Source of the DNA: Candidatus Omnitrophota bacterium
GTDB lineage: Bacteria; Omnitrophota; Gorgyraeia; Gygaellales; Profunditerraquicolaceae
Direction of reading: 5' to 3'
Assembly: GCA_041662125.1 (NCBI GenBank)
Contig: JBAZTA010000008.1
Location: forward strand, 2,807-66,806
DNA: 64,000 bases
This document shows, in pieces, positions 54,875-64,000 of the stretch. A program made the position numbers and the translations under genes. Position 1 is the first letter of the stretch. The number at the start of each line of letters is the position of its first letter. The notes under the pieces are model-generated. The model had not been told where the DNA came from, made no database searches, and saw nothing but the letters and a program-made list of their open reading frames with translations.

Positions 54875-55960
54875 TCAAGATCCGGGATATTGGCTCTGGA
54901 TCTTCTCTATTTCACCAAGGTTTTCCACAAAGACATCTAGAATTGTAGGGTCAAAATGCTTTCCTTTGCCTTCCTTCATGATCTGCAGGGCTTTCTCGTT
55001 AGAAAACGAATCCTTGTAGGGCCTCTTGTTGGTCAAGGCGTCGAAGACATCCGCCAACGCAGCAATTCTCCCCATTAAAGGGATGCCTTCTCCTGACAGT
55101 CCATTGGGATAGCCACTGCCATCCCATTTTTCATGATGGGACAGCGCTATAGTCTCGCCTGCCTGAAGCAATTCCGACGAAGACCCCCCAAGAATCTTTC
55201 CACCGATGATAGTATGGCGCTTCATGATTTCCCATTCGTCTGGATCCAATTTACCCGGTTTGAGCAATATGGCGTCAGGGATTCCCATTTTTCCAACGTC
55301 ATGCATGGGACTTGCATTGAGTATGATTTCACAATCATGCGGTGTGAGGCTGAGTTTGACTGCCAGCAGATGACAATAGCGGCTCATGCGCCTGACATGA
55401 AGCCCTGTGTCTTCATCCTTGTACTCAGCCGCTACCGCAAGCCTCTCAATCGTCTCCAATTGAGCTTGGTAGGTTTGACGCTGTCCTTCGGCGGCATCCA
55501 TTAATGCCTGTTTCAAATGAATGGTTCGCTGCTCCACCTTTGCCTCTAACTCCGCCTGGTGACGCTTGATTTCATCTTGCGTGTCCTTCATCCTGATCAA
55601 AGAAGCGACGCGCACCTTCAATTCCAGCTTGTCCACCGGCTTGGTGATAAAATCATTTGCTCCTGCATCCACAGCCCTCAACCGGTCTTCTTTTCCGGCC
55701 AAAGCGGTTACCATGCATATGGGCACGTCCCCAAATTCCTCGCCTTCACGGATTTTTTGAGCAACTTCAAAGCCATCCATACCTGGCATCATGACATCGA
55801 GCAGCACAAGGTCAAAATCCAACTTGACCATCGACAGCGCCTGAAAACCGTCTTCGGCAAAATCGACTTCATATCCGATGCTCGATAGCATAGCGTCGAA
55901 CAGTTCCCTGTTGAGTTCTTCATCATCCACGACTAAAATTCGGTGCGCTCTTTTCGTCAT
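54875..55960 (-). CDS. Response regulator with HD-GYP domain (c-di-GMP phosphodiesterase, RpfG-like)
   Basis: N-terminal REC (LVVDDEELNRE…DLVLLDVMMPGMDG) and C-terminal HD-GYP (HHEKWDGSGYP). Confidence 0.85.
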   Translation of the reverse strand: MTKRAHRILVVDDEELNRELFDAMLSSIGYEVDFAEDGFQALSMVKLDFDLVLLDVMMPGMDGFEVAQKIREGEEFGDVPICMVTALAGKEDRLRAVDAGANDFITKPVDKLELKVRVASLIRMKDTQDEIKRHQAELEAKVEQRTIHLKQALMDAAEGQRQTYQAQLETIERLAVAAEYKDEDTGLHVRRMSRYCHLLAVKLSLTPHDCEIILNASPMHDVGKMGIPDAILLKPGKLDPDEWEIMKRHTIIGGKILGGSSSELLQAGETIALSHHEKWDGSGYPNGLSGEGIPLMGRIAALADVFDALTNKRPYKDSFSNEKALQIMKEGKGKHFDPTILDVFVENLGEIEKIQSQYPGS

Positions 55961-56334
55961 TTCTCAGACCTTTCCACGGGAAGATACTTCTCAAGAGTTT
56001 TCACGAACTGCCTGGTATCAATAGGCTTGGAGATATAACCGTCACATCCGGCCGTCATTACCGTAGCCTCGTCGCTGGGCATGCTGTGCGCCGTCAACGC
56101 CACAATGGGTATGCCGATCGTAAGGGGGTCCTCTTTCAGGATCTTGGTGGCCTGAAGGCCGTTCATGTCCGGTAATCCAAGATCCATAAGGATAAGATCA
56201 GGATGCTGAGCCCTTGCCACGCTGATTCCATCCATGGCCCTTGTCGTCTGCAGGACTTCGAAGCCTGCAACTTCGAGAAGGTCTACAGCTAGCTCCATAT
56301 TCATGGGATCATCTTCGATAACCAGCGCTTTCAT
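55957..56334 (-). CDS. Single-domain response regulator (REC)
   Basis: KALVIEDDPMNMELAV…LILMDLGLPDMNG REC fold. The start is the Met at 56334 with an AGGAGGGG RBS; the track ORF extends to 56475 and overlaps the kinase. Confidence 0.75.
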   Translation of the reverse strand: MKALVIEDDPMNMELAVDLLEVAGFEVLQTTRAMDGISVARAQHPDLILMDLGLPDMNGLQATKILKEDPLTIGIPIVALTAHSMPSDEATVMTAGCDGYISKPIDTRQFVKTLEKYLPVERSEK

Positions 56335-56374
56335 GACTTCGTAACCCCTCCTATGGTTTCTTACCATCAACCTG

Positions 56375-59287
56375 TTACCCTGTTGCCTCATGAGCGCACG
56401 GGATAGTAAATGAGAAAACACTCCCGCTGCCTTCTCCCTCACTTTCGATCCAGATCTTTCCACCGTGCAATTCAACCAACTTACGCGTCAAAGCCAGTCC
56501 CAGACCTGTGCCCTGGAACTTCCGGGAAGTCCCTGTGTCGACCTGTTCGAACTCATCAAAAATCCTTTCTTGATCCTCCAGCTTTACACCTATTCCATTA
56601 TCCCTTACACTGAAAACAAGTTCTCCCTGCTTCTTTTCCGCTGTTACAGAAAGCTTGCCTCCGTCCGGCGTGAATTTCGTGGCGTTCGACAGCAGGTTCA
56701 AGATAATCTGTTTGAGGCTGCGCTCGTCTGCCCAGACCAACAGATCGTCCTGAGCATGGAGACTGAGGTCCAGATTTCGATTGAGCGCCTTCTCCCGTAC
56801 CAGCAGAACACATTCCTCCAGAATCTTTTTGACCTTCACCTCAGAGCGAAGTAATTCCGTTTTTCTTGCCTCAATCTTTGCCAGATCCAAAATGTCATTT
56901 ATGAGGCTGAGTAGCTGATGTCCAGCTATGAGTATATTATCCACATACCTCGTCTGTCTCGCATTCAAATCCCCAAAGGTCTTATCATGAAGAACTTCTG
57001 AGAACCCAATTACTGAATTCAGAGGCGTACGAAGTTCATGACTCATGCTTGTAAGGAATTCGCTTTTCGCCCTATTTGCCGTTTCTGATGATTCCTTGGC
57101 CAGGCGTAACTCTTGTTCGTACTGCTTGATTTGGGATATGTCTCTTGCTATTTCTGAAGCGCCCAAGATCTTTCCGAAGGAGTCTTTGATCGGGGAAAGA
57201 GACAAGAGAACGGGGATCTCCCTGCCATCTTTAGCAACTCTGGCCGTTTCAATATTTTCTGTTCGCTCTCCTCGTCCTACAATCCCAAGGAGATACGCTA
57301 TCTGAGAGTGAAGTCTCTGGGGTATAATCGCTCGTATAGACTGGCCTTTTGCTTCTTCAGCGGTAAAGCCGTACATCTTTTGCGCCTCCCTGTTCCAACT
57401 GACGATTGTACCGTCCAGATTATTGCCGATTATAGCCTCGTCCGAGGAATCCACTATGGAAGCAAGGAAAGCCCGATCACCCTCGGCCTTCACGCGTCCG
57501 GTAATGTCCCTGACAAAAGCTGCAGAATGTCCCCCATGTTTACTCGAATATTCGCTGACTGATATCTCCACGGGGAATGTTCCTCCATCTTTTCTGAAGC
57601 CAATTGTGTTACTGGTTCTTTCAATTACTTCTGTTTCGAATGCTTCCAACTGAGGCTTTGGGTATTCGTCTTGTTCGATTGAATAGAAGTCGGGCATGAG
57701 CAACTTAACATTTCTCCCGACTATCTCTTGGGCTGTGTAGCCGAACAGTCTCTCCATCGCAGGGTTGACCATTTCTATGGTACCCTGATCATCGAAACTG
57801 ATTATACCGTCCGAAGCAGACTCAAAGATTGCTCGGACCGTGCCTTCGCTTTTCTCAAGCGCTCTGCGGATCGCTTTCTGCTCGGTCTGATCCCTGAAAA
57901 TAAGGACTACTCCGCTAATAGCGCCGTCATGGCTGATTGGCGCCGCGCTGTCTGCGATGGGGTGTTCGGCGCCGTCTCGTGCTATGAGAAGGGCGTCGTT
58001 CGGAAGTCGCACTCCTATCCCCTCGGTGAGGACTAGCTGCACAGAACTCGGATTTGGCTCATGGGAGTCCTCGTCCACGGTGTGGAAGATCTCATCTATG
58101 GCTTTTCCCTTGGCCTCGTCCTCCGTCCAGCCGGTAAGTCGCTCAGCCGCAGGGTTCATCTCTTGCACCAGAGTTCCTGTGTCAGTGGTTATCACTGCGT
58201 CACCGATAGAATATAGGATAGTCTGATACCGCTCCTCCAGTAGCTGGCGTTCCTTCTCCAGCCTGTAGAGTTCCTTGTACATGGAGTCCTGACGGTGTCG
58301 GTAGCCATAGGCGCTGCCGGCTGCCGCCGCCAGGATCAAAGTTCCGGCGAACAACGCTGCAATGATGCCCCGAAAACGAGGACCCTTCAGGATCTCGCTC
58401 TTATCAACTTTGGCCACGATGAACCAGAGCGAATCGGGAATATGGCCCAGATAGGCAAGCACCTCTTCTCCCCGGTAGTCCTTCCCTTCGAATAGCCCTT
58501 CCTTTCCTAATATGGCCTGAACGGCTGGAAGGTCATGGAGCGTAATAGGTTCACGGAAGGAAAGAGCCGTGTTTGGACGGCGCCGCAGGTCATTTAGGAA
58601 CAGAACATCGTCGCCATCCCGGCGGACCAGAAGCGTTTCAGCGCTCTGGCTGGGAGTTGGCCAGGTTTGGATCAACGGAAACAAGAAAGATTCTGGATCG
58701 ACCCTGTAAAGTCCTACGGCTATTGATCGGCCTTTAGGGTCCAGAATTGGCGCAACTGCGTCCATTAATATGGCGCCGCGAAGATTGCGGTACATGTCGC
58801 TTAACACAGGGGAACCAGAGGCGACAGCCTCCTCAATAGCCATTTTCTCGATGGCGTTCATGGACTCAGGTTGGCCACTGGTAGACAGTATTACATTTCC
58901 GTCAGAATCGATAAGAAGGGCGTCAGCATACCCCCCCTGTTGTTGTCCAACCACTAAGCGATCCATCAAGCCCGTTAGAAGCGCATCATTCTTAGGCTCC
59001 CGAAACCACTCGTTTACGGCCCCTTTCCACAAAGGCCCTCTTGCTAAGGCCCTAACATCCTCTAGCAGCCCTTTTCTCCACTCCTGGATAGATTTAGCTT
59101 TCAGCTTGGCGATGGACTTTATTTCGTCATACTTTTGGCGCCCGACGCGGTCAGCCTCATGGGTGTAGTATGTGTAACCTGCGATCAATAGCGCTACGGT
59201 CGCTCCCAAAAAAAGAACCAGCCAGGGCAATCCGGTACGGATGGGAAAGCCTACTTCTCGCTGCCGGTCAGGGATCTTCACAGTCAT
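56375..59287 (-). CDS. Sensor histidine kinase with periplasmic Cache-like domain and multiple PAS domains
   Basis: Two TM segments flank an extracytoplasmic sensor domain of about 280 aa. Then come three or four PAS repeats, HisKA ([15 protein letters not shown]) and HATPase_c ([33 protein letters not shown]). Confidence 0.85.
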   Translation of the reverse strand: MTVKIPDRQREVGFPIRTGLPWLVLFLGATVALLIAGYTYYTHEADRVGRQKYDEIKSIAKLKAKSIQEWRKGLLEDVRALARGPLWKGAVNEWFREPKNDALLTGLMDRLVVGQQQGGYADALLIDSDGNVILSTSGQPESMNAIEKMAIEEAVASGSPVLSDMYRNLRGAILMDAVAPILDPKGRSIAVGLYRVDPESFLFPLIQTWPTPSQSAETLLVRRDGDDVLFLNDLRRRPNTALSFREPITLHDLPAVQAILGKEGLFEGKDYRGEEVLAYLGHIPDSLWFIVAKVDKSEILKGPRFRGIIAALFAGTLILAAAAGSAYGYRHRQDSMYKELYRLEKERQLLEERYQTILYSIGDAVITTDTGTLVQEMNPAAERLTGWTEDEAKGKAIDEIFHTVDEDSHEPNPSSVQLVLTEGIGVRLPNDALLIARDGAEHPIADSAAPISHDGAISGVVLIFRDQTEQKAIRRALEKSEGTVRAIFESASDGIISFDDQGTIEMVNPAMERLFGYTAQEIVGRNVKLLMPDFYSIEQDEYPKPQLEAFETEVIERTSNTIGFRKDGGTFPVEISVSEYSSKHGGHSAAFVRDITGRVKAEGDRAFLASIVDSSDEAIIGNNLDGTIVSWNREAQKMYGFTAEEAKGQSIRAIIPQRLHSQIAYLLGIVGRGERTENIETARVAKDGREIPVLLSLSPIKDSFGKILGASEIARDISQIKQYEQELRLAKESSETANRAKSEFLTSMSHELRTPLNSVIGFSEVLHDKTFGDLNARQTRYVDNILIAGHQLLSLINDILDLAKIEARKTELLRSEVKVKKILEECVLLVREKALNRNLDLSLHAQDDLLVWADERSLKQIILNLLSNATKFTPDGGKLSVTAEKKQGELVFSVRDNGIGVKLEDQERIFDEFEQVDTGTSRKFQGTGLGLALTRKLVELHGGKIWIESEGEGSGSVFSFTIPCAHEATG

Positions 59288-59289
59288 TT

Positions 59290-59690
59290 TGGATCTTCCT
59301 CATGAAAGCAGGAAAATTCCGCATCAACAGGCGCTGTTCCTTTGCCTTCCAGTCGAGCGTGTCGGACAGAGCGTTGACCGGAGGAGTCGCCGGCAATTCT
59401 AACCAGAAAGCGCTCCCCCGACCAGGTTCGCTGTTGACACCAATCTTCCCGCCGTGAGCCTCCACAGCCGGCTTGCAGAATGCAAGCCCCAGCCCTATCG
59501 AGTATCTTCGTCCTCGCCGATTTGACTCTACCTGCCCCGAACTTTTCGAAGATTTTCTTGTGATACTCCTCATGGATGCCTTCACCAGTATTTTCAACCG
59601 CAAAGCTGACATGTTTTACATTGGAGTTGACCGTAACAAAGATCCTCCCATTGGCAGGTGTGACCCTGGTTCCTCAGATCAATTCTTGCT
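59290..59690 (-). pseudogene. Degraded histidine-kinase C-terminal (HATPase_c) remnant
   Basis: Two frames together read …[25 protein letters not shown] / [48 protein letters not shown], an N-G1-G2 ATP-lid, with no upstream HisKA or sensor domain. Confidence 0.5.
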
Positions 59691-59815
59691 GCAGTATCGC
59701 TAGATTACTGTCCAAAGCCTGGTAGACTTCCGGGAAACAGCCATTTGAGTCGAGGGTTGGAATCCCGGAGGCCAATTATACTTCACAAACGAAATTGCGA
59801 AGCCGGGATCGTTCT

Positions 59816-60439
59816 TTATTTGCCAAGGTTCTGTGCCCCGAAATCCCAGTTAATCAGTTTATCCAGAACTGCGTTGACATAGTCCGCTCGTCGGTTCTGG
59901 TAATCCAGGTAGTAGGCGTGTTCCCACACGTCGATGGTCAATAACGGTTTCATGCCGGCGGTCATCGGCAAATCCGCATTGCCGGTCCTGACAACCTTGA
60001 GCTTGTCTCCATCCAGAGCGAGCCACACCCAGCCGCTACCGAACTGGGCCATTGCCGCTGTCGCCAACTCTTTCTTGCATGCATCCAAGCCGCCGAAGGA
60101 AGCCTCCATCTTTTGCTTCAACACTGCCGGTGGTTCACCACCACCCTTTGGTCTCAGGCTATGCCAGTAAAATGTGTGATTCCATGTTTGCGCCGCATTA
60201 TTGAAGATCGCCGTCTTGTCAGCTTTGCCGGCTGTCTCGATGATGATTTTCTCCAACGGCAGGTCCACAAACTCAGTTCCTGCTACCAGCTTGTTCAGGT
60301 TATCGACGTAACCCTTGTGATGCTTCCCGTAGTGGAAACCAATCGTATTTGCGGAGATTACGGGTTCGAGAGCGTTATCCGCGTAGGGCAGAGACGGTAG
60401 GACCTGCTGCGTTGCGCTTTCAATCTTGCTATTGCTCAT
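59816..60439 (-). CDS. Superoxide dismutase (Fe/Mn family)
   Basis: …[11 protein letters not shown]…, …[15 protein letters not shown]…; 207 aa. Confidence 0.9.
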   Translation of the reverse strand: MSNSKIESATQQVLPSLPYADNALEPVISANTIGFHYGKHHKGYVDNLNKLVAGTEFVDLPLEKIIIETAGKADKTAIFNNAAQTWNHTFYWHSLRPKGGGEPPAVLKQKMEASFGGLDACKKELATAAMAQFGSGWVWLALDGDKLKVVRTGNADLPMTAGMKPLLTIDVWEHAYYLDYQNRRADYVNAVLDKLINWDFGAQNLGK

Positions 60440-60552
60440 TATTTTCCTCCTATGTGGCGGCGTAAAAGCCTAGCCAGTGATTAAAAAACTGTATGGAGTT
60501 GATCCATAAAAGGTTTTCCGAGTGCCGAACATAAGAAACATCAGCTTCAGCA

Positions 60553-62037
60553 TCAATGTCTTGATGGACCAACTTTCCTGAAATCGATATATCCTCTCTC
60601 AACGTCTGTAGATATCAGCTCCACGCGAATCCTGTCCCCGACATCAATTCCGTCGAACCCGTGAACCAGCCTTCCTTCAACAGGCGTCTTGACGAGCCGG
60701 ACCCACGTGCCTTTAGAAGAAGCGCCAGTAACAATACTTTCAAACTGTTCCCCAATTCTAGATTCAAGGAGAAGCGCAGCGGCTGATTTGCCCACCTGCC
60801 GTTCGACTTTCCTGGCGGCGTCTTCTTTTTCCGTGCAATGTTTCGCCAGAACATCCAGTTCATCATTCGTATATGGCGAAGATCTCTGTTCTACGGCGGC
60901 CTTCAATAAGCGTTGCGTGATCAGATCGGAATAGCGACGATTAGGGGCAGTGGAATGGGTGTAGTCCTTGACAGCCAGACCAAAGTGTCCTGGGGCAGTC
61001 TCGCCGGGGAGTTCTGAAATGTATTCGCCAGGTCCTAAGAGTTTGATAACAGCGAGGGACAGGTCGGGGAATCGAAGCGGATCGGATGCTTTTTCGTTGA
61101 TTAGAAACTCCTCGAGCGCCTTAGAATCCGGGTTTTCAGGAAGAGTGAACCCATGTTCCCCGGCGATGTCGACAATCCGTTCCCATCGTTTTGGAACGCG
61201 TACCACACGGCGGATCGATGGGAATTTTCTTGATGAGAGATACCGGGCGGTTACTCCGTTTGCCGCTATCATAAAATCTTCAATAATGTCCGTGGCGTGA
61301 TTCTTTTTCTCCACTTCGAGTTCACGGACGTAATCGCCGTCAAATGTCGGTCTCGCCTCAATGGTTTCGAAGCTGAGAGCCCCCTGAACATGTCGGAAAT
61401 TCTTCATACGCTGCGCTATCCTGTCCTGAATGCGAAGGTTCTCATCAAGTCCATTTACGACGGCAATGGCCTCAGGCGTAGCGCCATTGCCTTCCAACCA
61501 TGCTGCGACGCTGTTATATGCGAGCTTCGCATGATTGCGCACACGAGCCCTGTAGATATCAGAATCCTGAAGGGATCCGTCCGCGCCAATCAGCATTTCA
61601 ACGACAATTGATAGGCGATCCTCATTAAAATTCAGGGAAGTGAGGTCGGTGGAAAGCGCTTCAGGAAGCATTGGGAATATTTGAGCCGCCGTGTAAACAG
61701 AAGTAGTGTTATGGCGAGCGTGTTCGTCAATGGCCGATCCATTTTTAACGAGCGAGCCCACGTCCGCCACTGCGACAAAAATCTTGACTTTGTCTCCTGG
61801 TATTGCCTCGGCAACGCTAAGCTGATCCAGGTCACGAGAGTCGTCGTTGTCAATGGAAGCCCACAGAAGGTCTCTCAAATCACGAACCGGGGCGCCGTTA
61901 GTTGCTGCAGGCGCCTTCATTTTGGCGAGTTCGGAGACCGCTTCCGCAGAAAAGTCAGGGAGCAATCCTCTCTCGAGCATCGCTATCCGGGCGATGCTCT
62001 GTAAAATAGATCGGTGCTCTTTATCACTTGTATTCAT
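60553..62037 (-). CDS. RNB-domain ribonuclease (RNase II/R family, short form)
   Basis: 494 aa; an RNB catalytic region including …GHFGLAVKDYTHSTAPNRRYSDL…. Confidence 0.7.
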   Translation of the reverse strand: MNTSDKEHRSILQSIARIAMLERGLLPDFSAEAVSELAKMKAPAATNGAPVRDLRDLLWASIDNDDSRDLDQLSVAEAIPGDKVKIFVAVADVGSLVKNGSAIDEHARHNTTSVYTAAQIFPMLPEALSTDLTSLNFNEDRLSIVVEMLIGADGSLQDSDIYRARVRNHAKLAYNSVAAWLEGNGATPEAIAVVNGLDENLRIQDRIAQRMKNFRHVQGALSFETIEARPTFDGDYVRELEVEKKNHATDIIEDFMIAANGVTARYLSSRKFPSIRRVVRVPKRWERIVDIAGEHGFTLPENPDSKALEEFLINEKASDPLRFPDLSLAVIKLLGPGEYISELPGETAPGHFGLAVKDYTHSTAPNRRYSDLITQRLLKAAVEQRSSPYTNDELDVLAKHCTEKEDAARKVERQVGKSAAALLLESRIGEQFESIVTGASSKGTWVRLVKTPVEGRLVHGFDGIDVGDRIRVELISTDVERGYIDFRKVGPSRH

Positions 62038-62462
62038 TTGAAGAAAACCCCTTGCTGGACGAGAGATTCGGTTCTATGCTCATGCTTCCAAAGACTCAAC
62101 GGATCGCCTCGATTCGTGACCTTGGGGATGGCTCTACCGAATGACACACCACCCGGCGTTTGGGGTGCGCCTAGCCTAAAGGGCCCCGCCTCCTCCACCA
62201 GTATCCACCGCCACCGCCCAAGAGTAAAATCACTAAAATGACTATGATGATTGTTGTCGAATCCATATCATCACTCCCTTTCCATGGTTGAATTTGAAAC
62301 TCGCTGATATGCCCGAAATGGTCCTATCAGCCATTTTCAGAATTTGTTTATGCATCTTCTCTTACGCTGTTCGCCACAGTGTGGTCGTCTAAATCGCCGT
62401 TCTGTTCTGAGGGTGGACGAGGGCCGCTCCCTAGGGCAACCCTGTCACCCGCGGTGTTGCCG

Positions 62463-62894
62463 TTACTTATAATACATGTCGATTTTCTTCAGCGAATCTG
62501 GGGATGTGACCTTGGGCCAATCCTTAGGGTCGAAATTCGGGGCCTTTTCCAGAGCCCCTTTATCGATATTAATGACTAGGGTAGTCTTTTCCTTTCCCAG
62601 TTTCAAAGCTCTCCATGGAATGGCGATTAATTTCTCGCCAATCCCTAGTATGCCTCCATGGGACAAAATGGCGTATTTCAAGGCGCCGCCTGGATCGATC
62701 AGGAGATCATCGACCTTCCCAAGTTTTTCCCCTTGCGGGTTGGTGACTGTCATTCCCGTTATCTGGCTGGACCTCTGCCATCCCTCCAGGGGAGTTGTGC
62801 CCGTTTCAGCCCAGACTTGGCCCGCAAGTAGAATGCAAATTATTGCCGCATACAACCCAAAACCGTTCTTTTTCATAACAATCTCCTTTTTCAA
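62463..62894 (-). CDS. PRC-barrel domain protein with signal peptide
   Basis: Signal peptide plus …GMTVTNPQGEKLGKVDDLLIDPGGALKYAILSHGGILGIGEKLIAIPW…. Confidence 0.7.
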   Translation of the reverse strand: MKKEIVMKKNGFGLYAAIICILLAGQVWAETGTTPLEGWQRSSQITGMTVTNPQGEKLGKVDDLLIDPGGALKYAILSHGGILGIGEKLIAIPWRALKLGKEKTTLVINIDKGALEKAPNFDPKDWPKVTSPDSLKKIDMYYK

Positions 62895-62934
62895 TGAGTC
62901 AATACTAACGTTGTTAGCGTCTGGATAAATGGGG

Positions 62935-63132
62935 CTACCATTTGCTCAGATGCTCATCCAGCTCCTTCTCCGCTTCCTCACGCTTCAGCCCGTATTTCTC
63001 TTGTAACTTACCAAGTAAATGATCTCGCTTCCCGGCAACGACTTCCAGATCGTTGTCCGTGAGTTTGCCCCACTTCTCTCTGAACTTGCCTTGCAGTTGC
63101 TTCCAATTTCCCTCAATCTGATCCCAGTTCAT
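62935..63132 (-). CDS. CsbD-family general stress protein (near-identical paralog of 31493..31690)
   Basis: MNWDQIEGNWKQLQGKFREKWGKLTDNDLEVVAGKRDHLLGKLQEKYGLKREEAEKELDEHLSKW; 64 of 65 residues identical to the other copy and very high DNA identity by eye. AAAGGAGGAC RBS. The track ORF starts upstream at 63174. Confidence 0.85.
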   Translation of the reverse strand: MNWDQIEGNWKQLQGKFREKWGKLTDNDLEVVAGKRDHLLGKLQEKYGLKREEAEKELDEHLSKW

Positions 63133-63201
63133 GTTTCGTCCTCCTTTATTGTTAACAAAGCTGTGTGATTTCATCCATTGCCCAGGTCAAATACGGCCTG
63201 T

Positions 63202-63350
63202 CACTTGGGAGCTTTCCCTAATAACTGTTCCTTGTCCATGTTGACGATCATCGTGTCCGCTTTAGCGCCTGTCTTCACGGCTTTCCACGGAATCGGAATC
63301 AATCGGTCTCCGGTCCCAAGCCAACCCTCTTGCCCAAGCCGTAGTGGCAG
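63202..63350 (-). pseudogene. PRC-barrel gene fragment (C-terminal piece, premature stop)
   Basis: The minus strand reads …LGTGDRLIPIPWKAVKTGAKADTMIVNMDKEQLLGKAPK*, matching the C-terminus of the PRC-barrel gene at 29934..30440. The DNA at about 63213-63345 aligns with about 30030-30140. No N-terminal half is present. Confidence 0.5.
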
Positions 63351-63484
63351 CCCATCGAGACTTTTTCACGGGGCTCAACTCGTTCCTGTTCGACCAAGGA
63401 AATTAGGTTCGGGTTTTGTCAACTGGTGAGTCGGCCATCTCGGCTGATCGAGCGCCGATCACCCTAAACACCCCGATCCACCGG

Positions 63485-63847
63485 TTACGGCTGACTCGAG
63501 CCCGCCGCATAGGCCGCAAAGTATCTATCAATTTTTTCATTCCATTCGGCCGCAGTGAAATCAGGCCATGTCTTACTCTCAAAGCTGAGGGCTTTTTCCA
63601 GGGTCTGCTTATCAATGTCGAGCACCACTGTTCCCTTTTCATCGCCCGTCATCAGAGCGTCAAATGGAATCGGAATCAACACGTCACCTATTCCCAGGAA
63701 ACCTCCGTGAGACAGGATGGCGTATTTTAGACGCCCATCCACGTCCACCATGAAATCCTGTATTGTGCCAAGTTTTTCCTTGTGACGATTCTCCACGATA
63801 GTTTTCAGTAGCTCACTCACTCTCATAGGTACTTTAATTTCCATCAT
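63485..63847 (-). CDS. PRC-barrel domain protein (cytoplasmic)
   Basis: …LGTIQDFMVDVDGRLKYAILSHGGFLGIGDVLIPIPFDAL…. Confidence 0.7.
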   Translation of the reverse strand: MMEIKVPMRVSELLKTIVENRHKEKLGTIQDFMVDVDGRLKYAILSHGGFLGIGDVLIPIPFDALMTGDEKGTVVLDIDKQTLEKALSFESKTWPDFTAAEWNEKIDRYFAAYAAGSSQP

Positions 63848-64000
63848 TTTTCCTTCTCCTCTTTCTCGTGTTTGTATAGGCGTTGCTAATCTCTCCAGGT
63901 TCCGGGAACTGCCCCTGTTAAATTTCGCTACTCCATCATCGGCAACTGCGGCTACGATCTGTTATGCCAAATTTGGCAGAGGCAATCAGCCAAATTGAAA

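Noticed and set aside
1-64000. Mobile elements, CRISPR arrays, tRNA/rRNA genes and defence-system genes
   Set aside because: No transposase/integrase-like ORFs, no regularly spaced short direct repeats with spacers, and no tRNA-like cloverleaf candidates turned up while reading the intergenic regions. The only repeats are the protein-coding tandem repeat and the three-copy intergenic element.

Overview
This 64 kb window is chromosomal DNA from a Gram-negative bacterium (Kdo pathway, Ffh, IF-1; possibly deltaproteobacterial-like), coded almost entirely on the minus strand. I found no transposases, integrases, CRISPR arrays, tRNAs or rRNAs.

Gene content in order:
- 1–7.8 kb: a partial L,D-transpeptidase-like gene at the edge, thpR, an M48 peptidase, a CMD-family protein, an MBL hydrolase, infA, and a kdsB / DegT-aminotransferase / Fe-alcohol-dehydrogenase triad that looks like a Kdo8N (8-amino-Kdo) pathway.
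- 7.9–13.3 kb: ffh, a membrane protein, a flavodoxin and a P-type ATPase.
- 13.3–24.6 kb: a glycogen/trehalose operon (treZ, debranching enzyme, GH57, treY, an unknown 226 aa gene translationally coupled to treT, treT).
- 24.7–28.9 kb: a B12-binding radical SAM gene next to a 919 aa secreted protein whose C-terminus is a Gln/Glu/Arg-rich tandem repeat. The DNA there (CAG/CTG-like) is open in all six frames.
- 29–33.8 kb: a general-stress island with two CsbD genes, a PRC-barrel protein, YeaQ/YmgE, a Gsp17M-like protein, a low-affinity iron permease-like protein and four small membrane-protein genes under 60 aa that the ORF track missed.
- 34.4–52.3 kb: a seemingly GC-richer block carrying two paralogous PMA1-type (P3A) H+-ATPases, one with a C-terminal DUF2254-like fusion. 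It also carries GH130, HAD-IIB and phosphomannose isomerase genes, class I fba, phosphoketolase, ackA, glgP and a frameshifted pgm.
- 52.4–64 kb: PRC-barrel proteins, a histidine phosphatase, an HD-GYP response regulator, a REC protein, a large multi-PAS histidine kinase with a degraded histidine-kinase remnant beside it, sodA/B, an RNB ribonuclease, and a second PRC-barrel/CsbD module with a PRC-barrel pseudogene fragment.

Most notable observations:
- A roughly 180–280 bp intergenic element occurs three times (34.0–34.3, 53.9–54.0 and 54.5–54.8 kb). Two copies sit 5' of paralogous small ORFs, and together the copies bracket the GC-richer block.
- A diverged duplicate of the phosphoketolase 3' end flanks the second H+-ATPase as an imperfect direct repeat.
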